Shown: one piece after another, positions 8,882-17,800 of the stretch
How the letters are laid out: every line of letters begins with the position of its first letter
Numbering within the stretch: the stretch's first letter is position 1
Source of the DNA: Alphaproteobacteria bacterium
GTDB taxonomy: Bacteria; Pseudomonadota; Alphaproteobacteria; SMXQ01
DNA: 64,000 bases
Assembly: GCA_035714115.1 (NCBI GenBank)
Contig: DASTMO010000075.1
Coordinates: 10,291-74,290 of the forward strand
Reading direction: 5' to 3'
Notes under the pieces: generated by a model
Seen by the model: only the letters and a program-made list of their open reading frames with translations
What the model was told of the DNA's origin: nothing
Database searches by the model: none
Made by a program: the position numbers and the translations under genes

Positions 8882-10914
8882 AAAATGCGGATCTCCTTGA
8901 GCGGGCCAATCTCAAAACTGTCGGTCGGGCCGACGATGGTGGTCGAGCCGTATTCCTCTAACACCGCCGGGCCTTCGCCTTTGAAGCCGATGGGCAGCGC
9001 GTAGCGGTCGAACACCTTGGCACTGACCATCTTGCCGATGCTGCTGAACCAGACTTGGCGTTCGCCGCCGGCGCTGGCGCCGGCCGAGACGTCCGGCAGC
9101 TTGGCCAGATCGGGCCGACGCTGGCGCGCGAAAGCGGAGAGATGCAGCGCCTGAAATTCCGCGCCGGCCTTGGCGTCGGCGTGGCCGTAACGGCGCTTGT
9201 AGTCGCGCTCGAAGCCGGCGCGCACCTCGGCAACGCTGGAAAGGCCGCTGACCGGCACCTTGATGTTGTGACGCTGCCCGACATAGCGCATCTCGGCGAA
9301 GCGCTCGAAGAAGATATCGGTCGCGCCGAACTCGCGGCCGAGGGCCGCGGCGGCTTCCTTTTCCATCTCGGCGAATATCTTCTCGGCTGAACCGACCGAA
9401 TCGCCGTCCATCAGGCCGGTGAAGGTCTTGGCGAGATCGAGACGCGCGTCGGCCAGCAGCATACCGACAGCGGAGAAATTGCCCGGCGCCGGCGGGATCA
9501 CGACGGTGGGGATCGACAGTTCGTGCGCCAGCGCCGCCGAATGGAGCGGCCCGCCGCCGCCGTAGGCGAAGAGCACGAAGTCGCGCGGATCAAGGCCGTG
9601 CTGAACCGAGACCTGACGGATCGCGCCAGCCATGATGACGGTGGAGATGGCGAGGATGCCGTCGGCCGCGCGCGTCGCGCCGTCCACGCCGGCGTAGCCC
9701 AAAGGCTCGGCGATCTTGCGGATCGCGTTGAGCGCGCCTTCGGTATCGAGCGACAGCTCGCCGCCGAGGAATTTTGCAGGGTTAAGCCGGCCCAGCACCA
9801 GATTGGCGTCGGTGATGGTCGGCTCGGTGCCGCCGCGCCGATAGCAGACCGGACCCGGCGTCGAGCCGGCGCTTTGCGGCCCGACATGCAGGCGGCTTTG
9901 CGAATCGAGCCAGGCGATGGAGCCGCCCCCAGCGCCGACCTCGACGATGTCGATGACCGGAGACTTGATCGGGAAGCCCTTCACGTAGCCGTTGGCGTAA
10001 TAGACCGAATCGACCGAGAAGCGGCCGTTCTCCACCAAGGCGCATTTGGCGGTGGTGCCGCCCATGTCGAAGGCGATGATGTTCTTGAATCCGAGTGCCT
10101 CGCCATAGGCGCCGGCGCCGATACAGCCGCCGATCGGGCCGGATTCGACCAATGCGACCGGGGTGCGGCAGGTGCGGTCGACCGACAGCAGGCCGCCGTT
10201 CGAGCCCATCATGAACAGCGAGCCTTCGAAGCCCTTGCCGCGCAGATCGGCGTCGAGGCTGCGGATGTAGCTGTTCACCTGCGGCCCGACATAGGCGTTG
10301 GCGGCGACGGTCGAGGTGCGCTCGTACTCGTACCACTCGCGCGTCAGTTCGGTCGAATGGGTGACATAGACGCCGGGCAGCAGTTCCTTCAGCCGCGCGG
10401 CGGCCTGCTCCTCATGCGCCGGATTGGCGTAGGAGTTCATGAAAAAAACGGCGACCGATTCGACCTTCTCGCGCTTGATCGTCTCAGCCAGCGCATCCAG
10501 CGCCTTGATGTCGAGCGGCGTCACGGTATTGCCTTGGCTGTCCATGCGCTCGGCCACTTCAAAGCGACGCTCGCGCGGAATGAGCGGCTCATCGCGCTGA
10601 TAGTGCAGATCGAACGGATCGGGGCGATTGCCGCGCGCGATCTCGAGAACATCGCGGAAACCCTGCGTCGTCACCAGCGCAGCCTTGGCGCCCTTGCGCT
10701 GAATGTACGCGTTGATGACCAGCGTGGTGCCGTGATTGAGAAAGGTTGCCTGCTCTGGCGTCAGCTTCGCTTTGTCGAAGCAGTCGAGGATGCCTTTGAC
10801 GAAATCGTCATAGGTCGTCGGGCTTTTGGTGTAGGTGACTTTGCCCGCCTCGTGATCGTAAGCGACGAGATCGGTAAACGTGCCGCCGATATCGACGGCC
10901 ACGACGTAGGACAT
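8869..10914 (-). CDS. hyuA: Hydantoinase A / 5-oxoprolinase A-subunit family protein
   Basis: The N-terminal MSYVVAVDIGGTFTDLV is the ASKHA-fold ATPase signature of HyuA. AGGGAG RBS. 681 aa. Confidence 0.85.
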   Translation of the reverse strand: MSYVVAVDIGGTFTDLVAYDHEAGKVTYTKSPTTYDDFVKGILDCFDKAKLTPEQATFLNHGTTLVINAYIQRKGAKAALVTTQGFRDVLEIARGNRPDPFDLHYQRDEPLIPRERRFEVAERMDSQGNTVTPLDIKALDALAETIKREKVESVAVFFMNSYANPAHEEQAAARLKELLPGVYVTHSTELTREWYEYERTSTVAANAYVGPQVNSYIRSLDADLRGKGFEGSLFMMGSNGGLLSVDRTCRTPVALVESGPIGGCIGAGAYGEALGFKNIIAFDMGGTTAKCALVENGRFSVDSVYYANGYVKGFPIKSPVIDIVEVGAGGGSIAWLDSQSRLHVGPQSAGSTPGPVCYRRGGTEPTITDANLVLGRLNPAKFLGGELSLDTEGALNAIRKIAEPLGYAGVDGATRAADGILAISTVIMAGAIRQVSVQHGLDPRDFVLFAYGGGGPLHSAALAHELSIPTVVIPPAPGNFSAVGMLLADARLDLAKTFTGLMDGDSVGSAEKIFAEMEKEAAAALGREFGATDIFFERFAEMRYVGQRHNIKVPVSGLSSVAEVRAGFERDYKRRYGHADAKAGAEFQALHLSAFARQRRPDLAKLPDVSAGASAGGERQVWFSSIGKMVSAKVFDRYALPIGFKGEGPAVLEEYGSTTIVGPTDSFEIGPLKEIRIFCGK

Positions 10915-11018
10915 ACTGCGCTCCCTGGCGAATGACGGTGCCCTTGCCGCGCGAAACGTCGCCGCGAATGGGCTTTTTCTGTCGCCATTATCGGAGCGCG
11001 GAGCACTCCGAAAAAAGA

Positions 11019-11459
11019 CTATTTTTTAGGCCTATTTTTTAAGGCGACCTTCTTCCTGGCCGCCAATTTGGCGCGCGCCGGCCGCTTTGCCGGCACCAGG
11101 CCGAGCCGCTCCGGCAGACTGAGGTAGCCGTCGACCATAGACTCATATTCGGCGATGCATTGGCGCGACGGCTCTACAAGTTTCTTGCGCCCATCCTCCG
11201 GCGCGGCGACGAAGCGCACATAGCCGCGCGTCACCGCCGTTTGCAGGATGCGCCGCGCCGTCTCCTTGGAGCAGCGCACCTCCGCGATGCACTCTTTGAC
11301 GGTCGGCAGCTTCCGCTCGTAATAGCCGTACATGACGACCGACCAGATCACCGTGTGATCGCGCGTCAGTCGGAAATAGCGCACGCTCTTGCCGCGGGTC
11401 GATCGGTGTGTGCCGATGCGCCATTGCGCGAAGGCTTGATAAGCATTGGGGGAAGGCAT
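11019..11459 (-). CDS. Winged-helix (MarR-like) transcriptional regulator with a basic K-rich C-terminal tail
   Basis: The predicted wHTH segment is LPTVKECIAEVRCSKETARRILQTAVTRGYVRF. The C-terminal tail is AKRPARAKLAARKKVALKNRPKK. The family assignment is tentative. Confidence 0.45.
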   Translation of the reverse strand: MPSPNAYQAFAQWRIGTHRSTRGKSVRYFRLTRDHTVIWSVVMYGYYERKLPTVKECIAEVRCSKETARRILQTAVTRGYVRFVAAPEDGRKKLVEPSRQCIAEYESMVDGYLSLPERLGLVPAKRPARAKLAARKKVALKNRPKK

Positions 11460-11566
11460 GGTGCATCTTACGCTACTGCGCCGCGCGGCACACGAGCATC
11501 AAAAAGGCCCGACCCGCAATAGAGCCAGCTCGCGGTATCCACTTATAGATATTTGAATTGCTTGAA

Positions 11567-13432
11567 TTAATTCAGAGATCGAGGCGCTGCAGAGACGGCA
11601 CGAAGACCCACCTGATCGATATGACGCACAAGCCGCTCAACTTCACTGAGCAGTTGCTGCTCGGTAAACGGCTTCGTCAGAACGCCTATCTGCTCATAAG
11701 AGGATGGCAAATTTGCCCGTCCGTAGCCACTGACGAAAATAAACGGCACCTTCGCCCGCGTCAGCGCGGCAGCGACTTCGGTCACCGGCTTGCCGTGCAG
11801 ATTACCGTCCAGCAAAGCGACATCGAACTCGCGGGCCTCAATCATCTGAAGCGCCTGTTCGACCGTGCCGGCGGGACCGACGGCGGTGATTCCCGCATCC
11901 TCCAGCATTGCCTCGATTTCCAAAGCGATCATCGTTTCATCCTCGACGATGAGGACGCGGCACCCACGCAGCTTGCTTTCAGGCTGAGTGATTTCTGATA
12001 GCTGGGCGCTTTGCGGCTCTGGCGCTGGCTGTTTCGACGGTGCCGCGGCGAGCGGCAGCGGCATGATCAGGTCCCAAGCAATGCCGTCGGCACGATAATC
12101 CGCATGAGCCGCGCCACCCTCGGCTTTGGCGCTTTGCTCAATTAAAGTCGTCCCGAATCCGCGGCGCTTCGGCGCCTTCACGCGAGGGCCACCCTTCTCC
12201 AGCCAATTGAGGTGGAGCTGTTCATTCTGAATGCGCCACATCAAAGCCACGGTGCCGTCGGGCGTGGAAAGCGCCCCATACTTAAGCGCATTCGTGCATA
12301 GTTCGTGCAGAATGAGCGCGAGGTGCAAGGCGGTTTCGGGAGCCAGCCACACTTCGGGCCCAACGGCCTCGAAACGCGCAGCATCCACCGCGCCAAGTCT
12401 AAACTGATCTGCAATCAGGTCGCTCAAAGAAGCGCCCTGCCAGGTGGCCTCGCTCAAGAGCGAGTGCGCGCGAGCGAGCGACTGAATTCTTCCAGTAAAG
12501 TTGCGGGTGAAGACTCCTGGGTCCGGAGCGTGACGCAGCGTTTGCGAGGCAATGGCCTGCACCGTCGCCAGCGTGTTTTTGACCCGATGGTTCAGCTCGC
12601 CGATCAATAGCAGCTGCGTTTCCTCAGATCGCCGGCGCTCGCTCACATCCAAAATTTGCGCATTGATCGATACGGAACTGCTGATCGGATCGACCAGGAC
12701 CGAATAGTACCATTCGCACTCGACTGCAGAGCCATCCGCCCGCTTGTTGCGGCAAAGGCGCATATCACGCTCATCGATAAGCGAAGGCTCGGTGACGATA
12801 TCGCGAAGATAAGCAGCATCTCCAACGTCGATCCAATCGCATTCCGCCAGAGACTTTCCAACCATCTCATCGGCGCTCCAGCCAAAGAGACGGCTAGCCC
12901 CGGATGACCAATGGAGAATATTGAGGGCCGCATCGAATTCCACGACCCCGAGCGGCGAATTGTCGCGATGGGCTTCGAGACGGCGAAGCGCGCTCGCCAG
13001 ACTCGAAGAGTTCATGCGCAGTTCATCGCGTTGCGCGGCGAGCTCTTGGCGCTGACTTGCAAGCTCGAAAAACACATCCGCCTTGTTGCGTAGAATGAGC
13101 GGCTCGATGGGCTTTTGAATGAAGTCGACCGCGCCGGCCTCATAACCTCTGAAGCGGCGCTGATTATCCGCGATGCCGGCCGTCACAAAAATAATGGGAA
13201 TGCTTCTGGTGCGCTCATTGCCGCGCATCAACTCTGCGAGTTCAAAACCGTCCAGGCCGGGCATTTGCACGTCGATCAGAGCCAATGCCACTTCGTGCTT
13301 CAAGAGAAGCTCGAGTGCTTCGTCTCCGGAGCGCGCTTTTAGAAGGAGAATATTATCGCGGCGGAGCAGCGCCTCGAGCGACAGAAGATTCTCTTCCAGA
13401 TCGTCGACCAGCAGGAACGATACAGCCCTCAT
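11567..13432 (-). CDS. Hybrid response regulator / PAS / HWE-family (HisKA_2) sensor histidine kinase with a C-terminal receiver
   Basis: Domain order REC-PAS-HWE/HisKA_2-REC: N-terminal REC (LLVDDLEENL...DVQMPGLDGF), coiled coil, PAS, HWE/HisKA_2 H-box (HRVKNTLATVQAIASQT), N-box (HELCTNALKYGAL), and C-terminal REC (VLIVEDETMIALE). The start is set at ATG 13430-13432, which forms an ATGA overlap with the cheB stop. A GGGAGGG RBS lies upstream. Confidence 0.8.
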   Translation of the reverse strand: MRAVSFLLVDDLEENLLSLEALLRRDNILLLKARSGDEALELLLKHEVALALIDVQMPGLDGFELAELMRGNERTRSIPIIFVTAGIADNQRRFRGYEAGAVDFIQKPIEPLILRNKADVFFELASQRQELAAQRDELRMNSSSLASALRRLEAHRDNSPLGVVEFDAALNILHWSSGASRLFGWSADEMVGKSLAECDWIDVGDAAYLRDIVTEPSLIDERDMRLCRNKRADGSAVECEWYYSVLVDPISSSVSINAQILDVSERRRSEETQLLLIGELNHRVKNTLATVQAIASQTLRHAPDPGVFTRNFTGRIQSLARAHSLLSEATWQGASLSDLIADQFRLGAVDAARFEAVGPEVWLAPETALHLALILHELCTNALKYGALSTPDGTVALMWRIQNEQLHLNWLEKGGPRVKAPKRRGFGTTLIEQSAKAEGGAAHADYRADGIAWDLIMPLPLAAAPSKQPAPEPQSAQLSEITQPESKLRGCRVLIVEDETMIALEIEAMLEDAGITAVGPAGTVEQALQMIEAREFDVALLDGNLHGKPVTEVAAALTRAKVPFIFVSGYGRANLPSSYEQIGVLTKPFTEQQLLSEVERLVRHIDQVGLRAVSAAPRSLN

Positions 13433-14004
13433 CTCGCCGTACCCTCCCGAAGGTAATCCGCAATCTCGCTCAGCGACATCACGGCAGCTCCCGGGCATAG
13501 CGCGATCGCCGCCTCCGGCATGGCCGAGGAAAAGGCCTTAAGCGGATCTTGCACCAGAACCACGCCGCCCGCGTCCGTGATCGCGCGCGCGCCCTGGGCA
13601 CCGTCCTGATTGGCCCCAGTCAGAATCACCCCGATTAACCCAGGGCCGTAAACATCCGCCGCGCTTTCGAACAGCACGTCTATCGACGGCCGAGAGAAAA
13701 GCACCGGCTCATCGCTCGAAAGCGAAAGGCTTTCTTCGCTCTCGACGAGCACGTGATAATCGGGAGGGGCAAAATATATTGTGCCGGGCTCGATAGGCTC
13801 TTTGTCTTCGATCTCACGAACGTCGACTTGGCATTTCGCCTGAAAGAGTTCCGCCAGCACGCTGCGTTTGTCCGGCGGGACATGGACGACCACAAACACC
13901 GGCAATTTGAAGTTCGCCGGTAAAGTTGTTAGCACGGCCGACAAGGCTTCGAGAGCGCCGGCAGATGCGCCAATGACGATCGCTTTGGCTTGAGACGCCG
14001 TCAT
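13429..14004 (-). CDS. cheB: CheB-type protein-glutamate methylesterase, catalytic domain only (no receiver domain)
   Basis: MTASQAKAIVIGASAGALEAL...VVVHVPPD...DVLFESAADV covers the Ser, His and Asp regions of CheB_methylest. The ATG overlaps the cheR stop as ATGA. Confidence 0.85.
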   Translation of the reverse strand: MTASQAKAIVIGASAGALEALSAVLTTLPANFKLPVFVVVHVPPDKRSVLAELFQAKCQVDVREIEDKEPIEPGTIYFAPPDYHVLVESEESLSLSSDEPVLFSRPSIDVLFESAADVYGPGLIGVILTGANQDGAQGARAITDAGGVVLVQDPLKAFSSAMPEAAIALCPGAAVMSLSEIADYLREGTAR

Positions 14005-14840
14005 ATGGCGCGCCTCTGATAAATTTTTTCGTCGCGGTCGAAATCCGCAAAGAAATTTGCATGACGAGAAAAGCGCAGGCTTTCCTTTGCGCCGAGCCCC
14101 AAGAACCCCTTTCGCGACAGCGAATCCTTGAATAAGCCGAGCGCCCGATCCTGCAAGCCGCGGTCGAAATAGATCAAAACGTTGCGGCACGAAACAAACT
14201 GCATCTCCGCGAAAACGGCGTCGGTCACCAGACTATGGTCAGAGAACACGACGTTGCGCCGCAGGCTCTTATCGAAGGCCGCGCGCCCATATGCGGCTTG
14301 GTAATAGTCCGACAAAGAGGATTTACCGCCGGATTTGCGGTGGTTTTCGGTGAACAGCTGCATGCGTTCCAGAGCGAAAATCCCGGATTCCGCAGCGTGA
14401 AGAGCATCCTGATTGATGTCGGTCGCATAGAAAATCGTGCGCTCCTCGATGCCCTCCTCGCGAAAGAGAATGACCATCGAATATAACTCTTCGCCGCCGC
14501 TGCAGCCGGCAATCCAGACTTTGAGCGACGGGTAAGTCCGCAAATGCGGCACCAGCTTTTCACGAATGACGCGAAAGTAGCCAGGATCGCGGAACATCTC
14601 GCTGACCTGAACCGTCAGATAGCCCAACAGCCGTGGCAGCATGGAAGGCTCATGTAGCAGACGGTCCTGCAAGGCGGAGATCGTCGCAAAACCCAACTGA
14701 TCGCGCGCCTGACGAAGACGGCGCTTGATGGACGCCATCGCGTAATTGCGAAAATCGTAATGATATTTCAGGTACAGCGCCTCCAAGAGGAGCCGTATTT
14801 CGATATCTTCGATTTTCTCCGGCGCCGCATCGTCCGTCAT
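14001..14840 (-). CDS. cheR: CheR-type protein-glutamate O-methyltransferase
   Basis: CheR N-terminal helical region and SAM-dependent methyltransferase domain (VWIAGCSGGEELYSMVIL...NVLIYF). ATGA overlaps at both ends. Confidence 0.85.
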   Translation of the reverse strand: MTDDAAPEKIEDIEIRLLLEALYLKYHYDFRNYAMASIKRRLRQARDQLGFATISALQDRLLHEPSMLPRLLGYLTVQVSEMFRDPGYFRVIREKLVPHLRTYPSLKVWIAGCSGGEELYSMVILFREEGIEERTIFYATDINQDALHAAESGIFALERMQLFTENHRKSGGKSSLSDYYQAAYGRAAFDKSLRRNVVFSDHSLVTDAVFAEMQFVSCRNVLIYFDRGLQDRALGLFKDSLSRKGFLGLGAKESLRFSRHANFFADFDRDEKIYQRRAI

Positions 14841-17800
14841 CGCGGCATCCAGACACGCACAAGCGACAGGAGCTTTTCGACATCCAGCGGCTTCGCCATG
14901 TAATCGTTGGCACCGGCATCGATACAGCGCTGCTGATCGTCGGGCATAGCCTTAGCTGTCAGGGTGATGACCGGCAGCTTCTTCAAAAGGGGATTCTTGC
15001 GGATTTCCCTGGTTGCGGTGAGACCATCCATCACTGGCATCATCACGTCCATCAGCACCAGATCGATGGCCGCATTGGGGTCTTTCGCCGACTGCTCAAG
15101 GACGGTCAAAGCTTCCTGGCCGTTGCGCGCGATTTGGACGACCGCTCCGCGAGGCTCGAGAATATTTGTTAAGGCGTAAACGTTCCGGATGTCGTCCTCG
15201 ACCACCAGAATTCGCCGGCCTTCCAGCAAAGCATCCCGGCTTCTCGCCTTACGGATCATGCGTTGATGCTCATCCGGCAGCTTCGATACCACCTGATGCA
15301 GGAAGAGACTGACCTCGTCCAACAATCGCTCCGGGGACTTCGCGCCTTTGATGATGATCGATTTGGAATAGCGGCGCAGCCGCTGCTCGTCATCGGCGGA
15401 AAGCTCTCTGCCGGTGTAAACGATGACCGGCGGGAAGGAGTGGGGCCCACCTTCGCTCAGCGTTTCGAGCAAGGAATAGCCTGAGGCATCCGGCAACGAC
15501 AGATCCAGGACCATGCAATCGAACGTCTCTTCTTTGAGATGTGCGAGGCACTCAGCCGCCGTGCCAACCGTGACTGCCTCAACCTCATGGGACGTCAAAA
15601 GCTTGGCCACCGCTTCTCGCTGAACGATGTCGTCTTCGACGATGAGGATACGCCGCACCCGCTGCGATAATCGATCATTGAGCCTGGTCAGCACATCGAC
15701 CAGCTGCTCGCGTTTGACGGGCTTCAGCTCATAGCCGATCGCGCCGAGCGAAAGCGCCGTTTCGGCCTGATCGCTCGCCGACACGACATGGATGGGGATA
15801 TGGCGCGTTTTGACGTCTTGCTTCAGCCGATCCAGCACCGACAAGCCGGATTGATCAGGCAAGCCCACGTCGAGAACGATCGCATTGGGCATATAATGTT
15901 GGGCGAGGTTCAAAGCCTCTTCGGCCGTACCGGCGACGAGCGATTTGAAACCCATTTCGCGCGAAAGATCGCGCAGGATGGTCGCGAAGCTGTCGTCATC
16001 CTCAACGACCAAGAGCACGCGCTTAGAGCCGGCTTGCTCGGCACGATCGTCTTCGACTTTACGGATGCGGCCCGGCAGGGCCGGCTGCGGCGTTTCCACC
16101 TTGGGCCCGGATGGCGCCGGCATGCTCTTTTGAGCATTGCGCGCCACGACCTTGGCCGGGTCGTAGGACACCGGAACCGTAATCGTGAAGGTGCTGCCTT
16201 TTCCCAGTTCGCTATCGAGGTTGAAATCGCCGCCTAACAGGCGAACCAGCTGACGTGAGATAGACAGTCCCAGGCCGGTGCCGCCGTATTTTCGGCTGAT
16301 CGTGCTGTCCGCCTGATGGAAGGCTTCAAAGACATGACTTTGCTGGCCTTCAGCAATGCCGATGCCCGTGTCGGAGACCGCAAAGGAAATGCGCTCGTCG
16401 CTCGCCCGGCGAATCGACAAGCTGACTTTGCCCGTCTCGGTGAATTTGAAGGCATTGGACAAAAGATTTTTAAGAACCTGCTCGAGCCGCAGCGGATCGG
16501 TGTCCATGAGTGGCGGGCATTCAGGCTCGATCTGGACGACGAACTGCAACTTTTTCTGCTGAGCGACGGGCTGGAAGAGCTGGCGCAAATTGCCCGCCAA
16601 CCGCTCGACGGCAACCGATTCAGGTTTGATGTCCACATGGCCGGCCTCGATCTTGGAAAGATCGAGGATGTCGTTGATGAGCGTCAGCAGATCGTTGCCG
16701 GACGATTGAATCGTTTGAGCATATTTGACTTGCTCGGCTGTCAGATTGTCGTCCGGATTGTCGGCGAGAAGCTTGGCGAGAATCAACGAGGAATTCAGCG
16801 GCGTGCGCAATTCGTGCGACATGTTCGCCAAGAAGTCCGATTTATATTGGCTTGCCTGCTCTAACTCCCGGGCTTTGAGCTGCACCGAGATGTTGGCTCG
16901 CTCCAGATCGTCCTTCTGCAATTCGAGCTGCTGAGTTTGCTCTTCCAGCTGGGAATTCGTCTGCTCAAGCTCGGCCTGCTGTTGCTCAAGCCGCGCTTGC
17001 GATTCCTTAAGCGCGCGACCTTGCTCTTCCAGCTCTTCGTTGGACACGCGGAGCTCTTCACTTTGCGTTTGCAGTTCTTCCGATTGACGTTGGGTTTCTT
17101 CCAAGAGGTTCTGCAGTTCGCTGCGATAGTTGGCCGAGCGCATGGCGATCGCCACCGGGGCGGATGCCTCGTCCAACAGGGCGAGCATGCTTTCATCGAC
17201 CGGCCCTAAGAAACCCAGCTCGATGACGGAAGTGACCGCGCCATCGACGCTATTGGGGACAATCGCAAGATGCCTCGGCTTGTCGCTCCCCAATGCCGAA
17301 CCGAAGGCGATGTATCCGTCGGGAATTTCGCTGATCACTCTCGGGCGATTTTCCGCAGCCGCCTGCCCCAGCAAGCCGCCTCGCAGGTGGAATTTTGCCG
17401 GAACGTTCGCGGTCTCCGGCACTCCATATGTGGAGGCGCGCCGGAAGGTCTCACCGGCGCCGATGAAAAGCGCGCCGGCAACGGCCCCAAGATAGCGCGC
17501 CAAGAATTCGAGAATATTATTCCCGAGCTGCTCGATAGATTGATCGCCGGCCATCGCGGCCGCCAATTCAATCTGCCCCTTTTGCAGCCACTCCTCGCGC
17601 CGGCGCGCCAATGTCGCCCTTCGGGTCAGGAAGCCGATCGTTGCCGTGAGGAAGATGCCCAACAATCCAGAAAGCAAACCGCTGGCAAGCGCTGTCGCTT
17701 GCGCTTCTTTCATTTCCGCTAAGCGTTTGACGCGAGTGCTGGTCTCTTCTTGAGCCACTGCATCGAGCTGCGCTCGAATGGCGTCCATTTCCGCTTTGCC

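Noticed and set aside
7142-9004. 620-aa plus-strand ORF antisense to hyuB
   Set aside because: Shadow ORF. HyuB on the minus strand has clear family signatures.
13429-14190. Longer 253-aa version of cheB starting at 14190
   Set aside because: The upstream extension overlaps cheR by ~190 nt. The ATGA-coupled start at 14004 gives a canonical methylesterase domain N-terminus.
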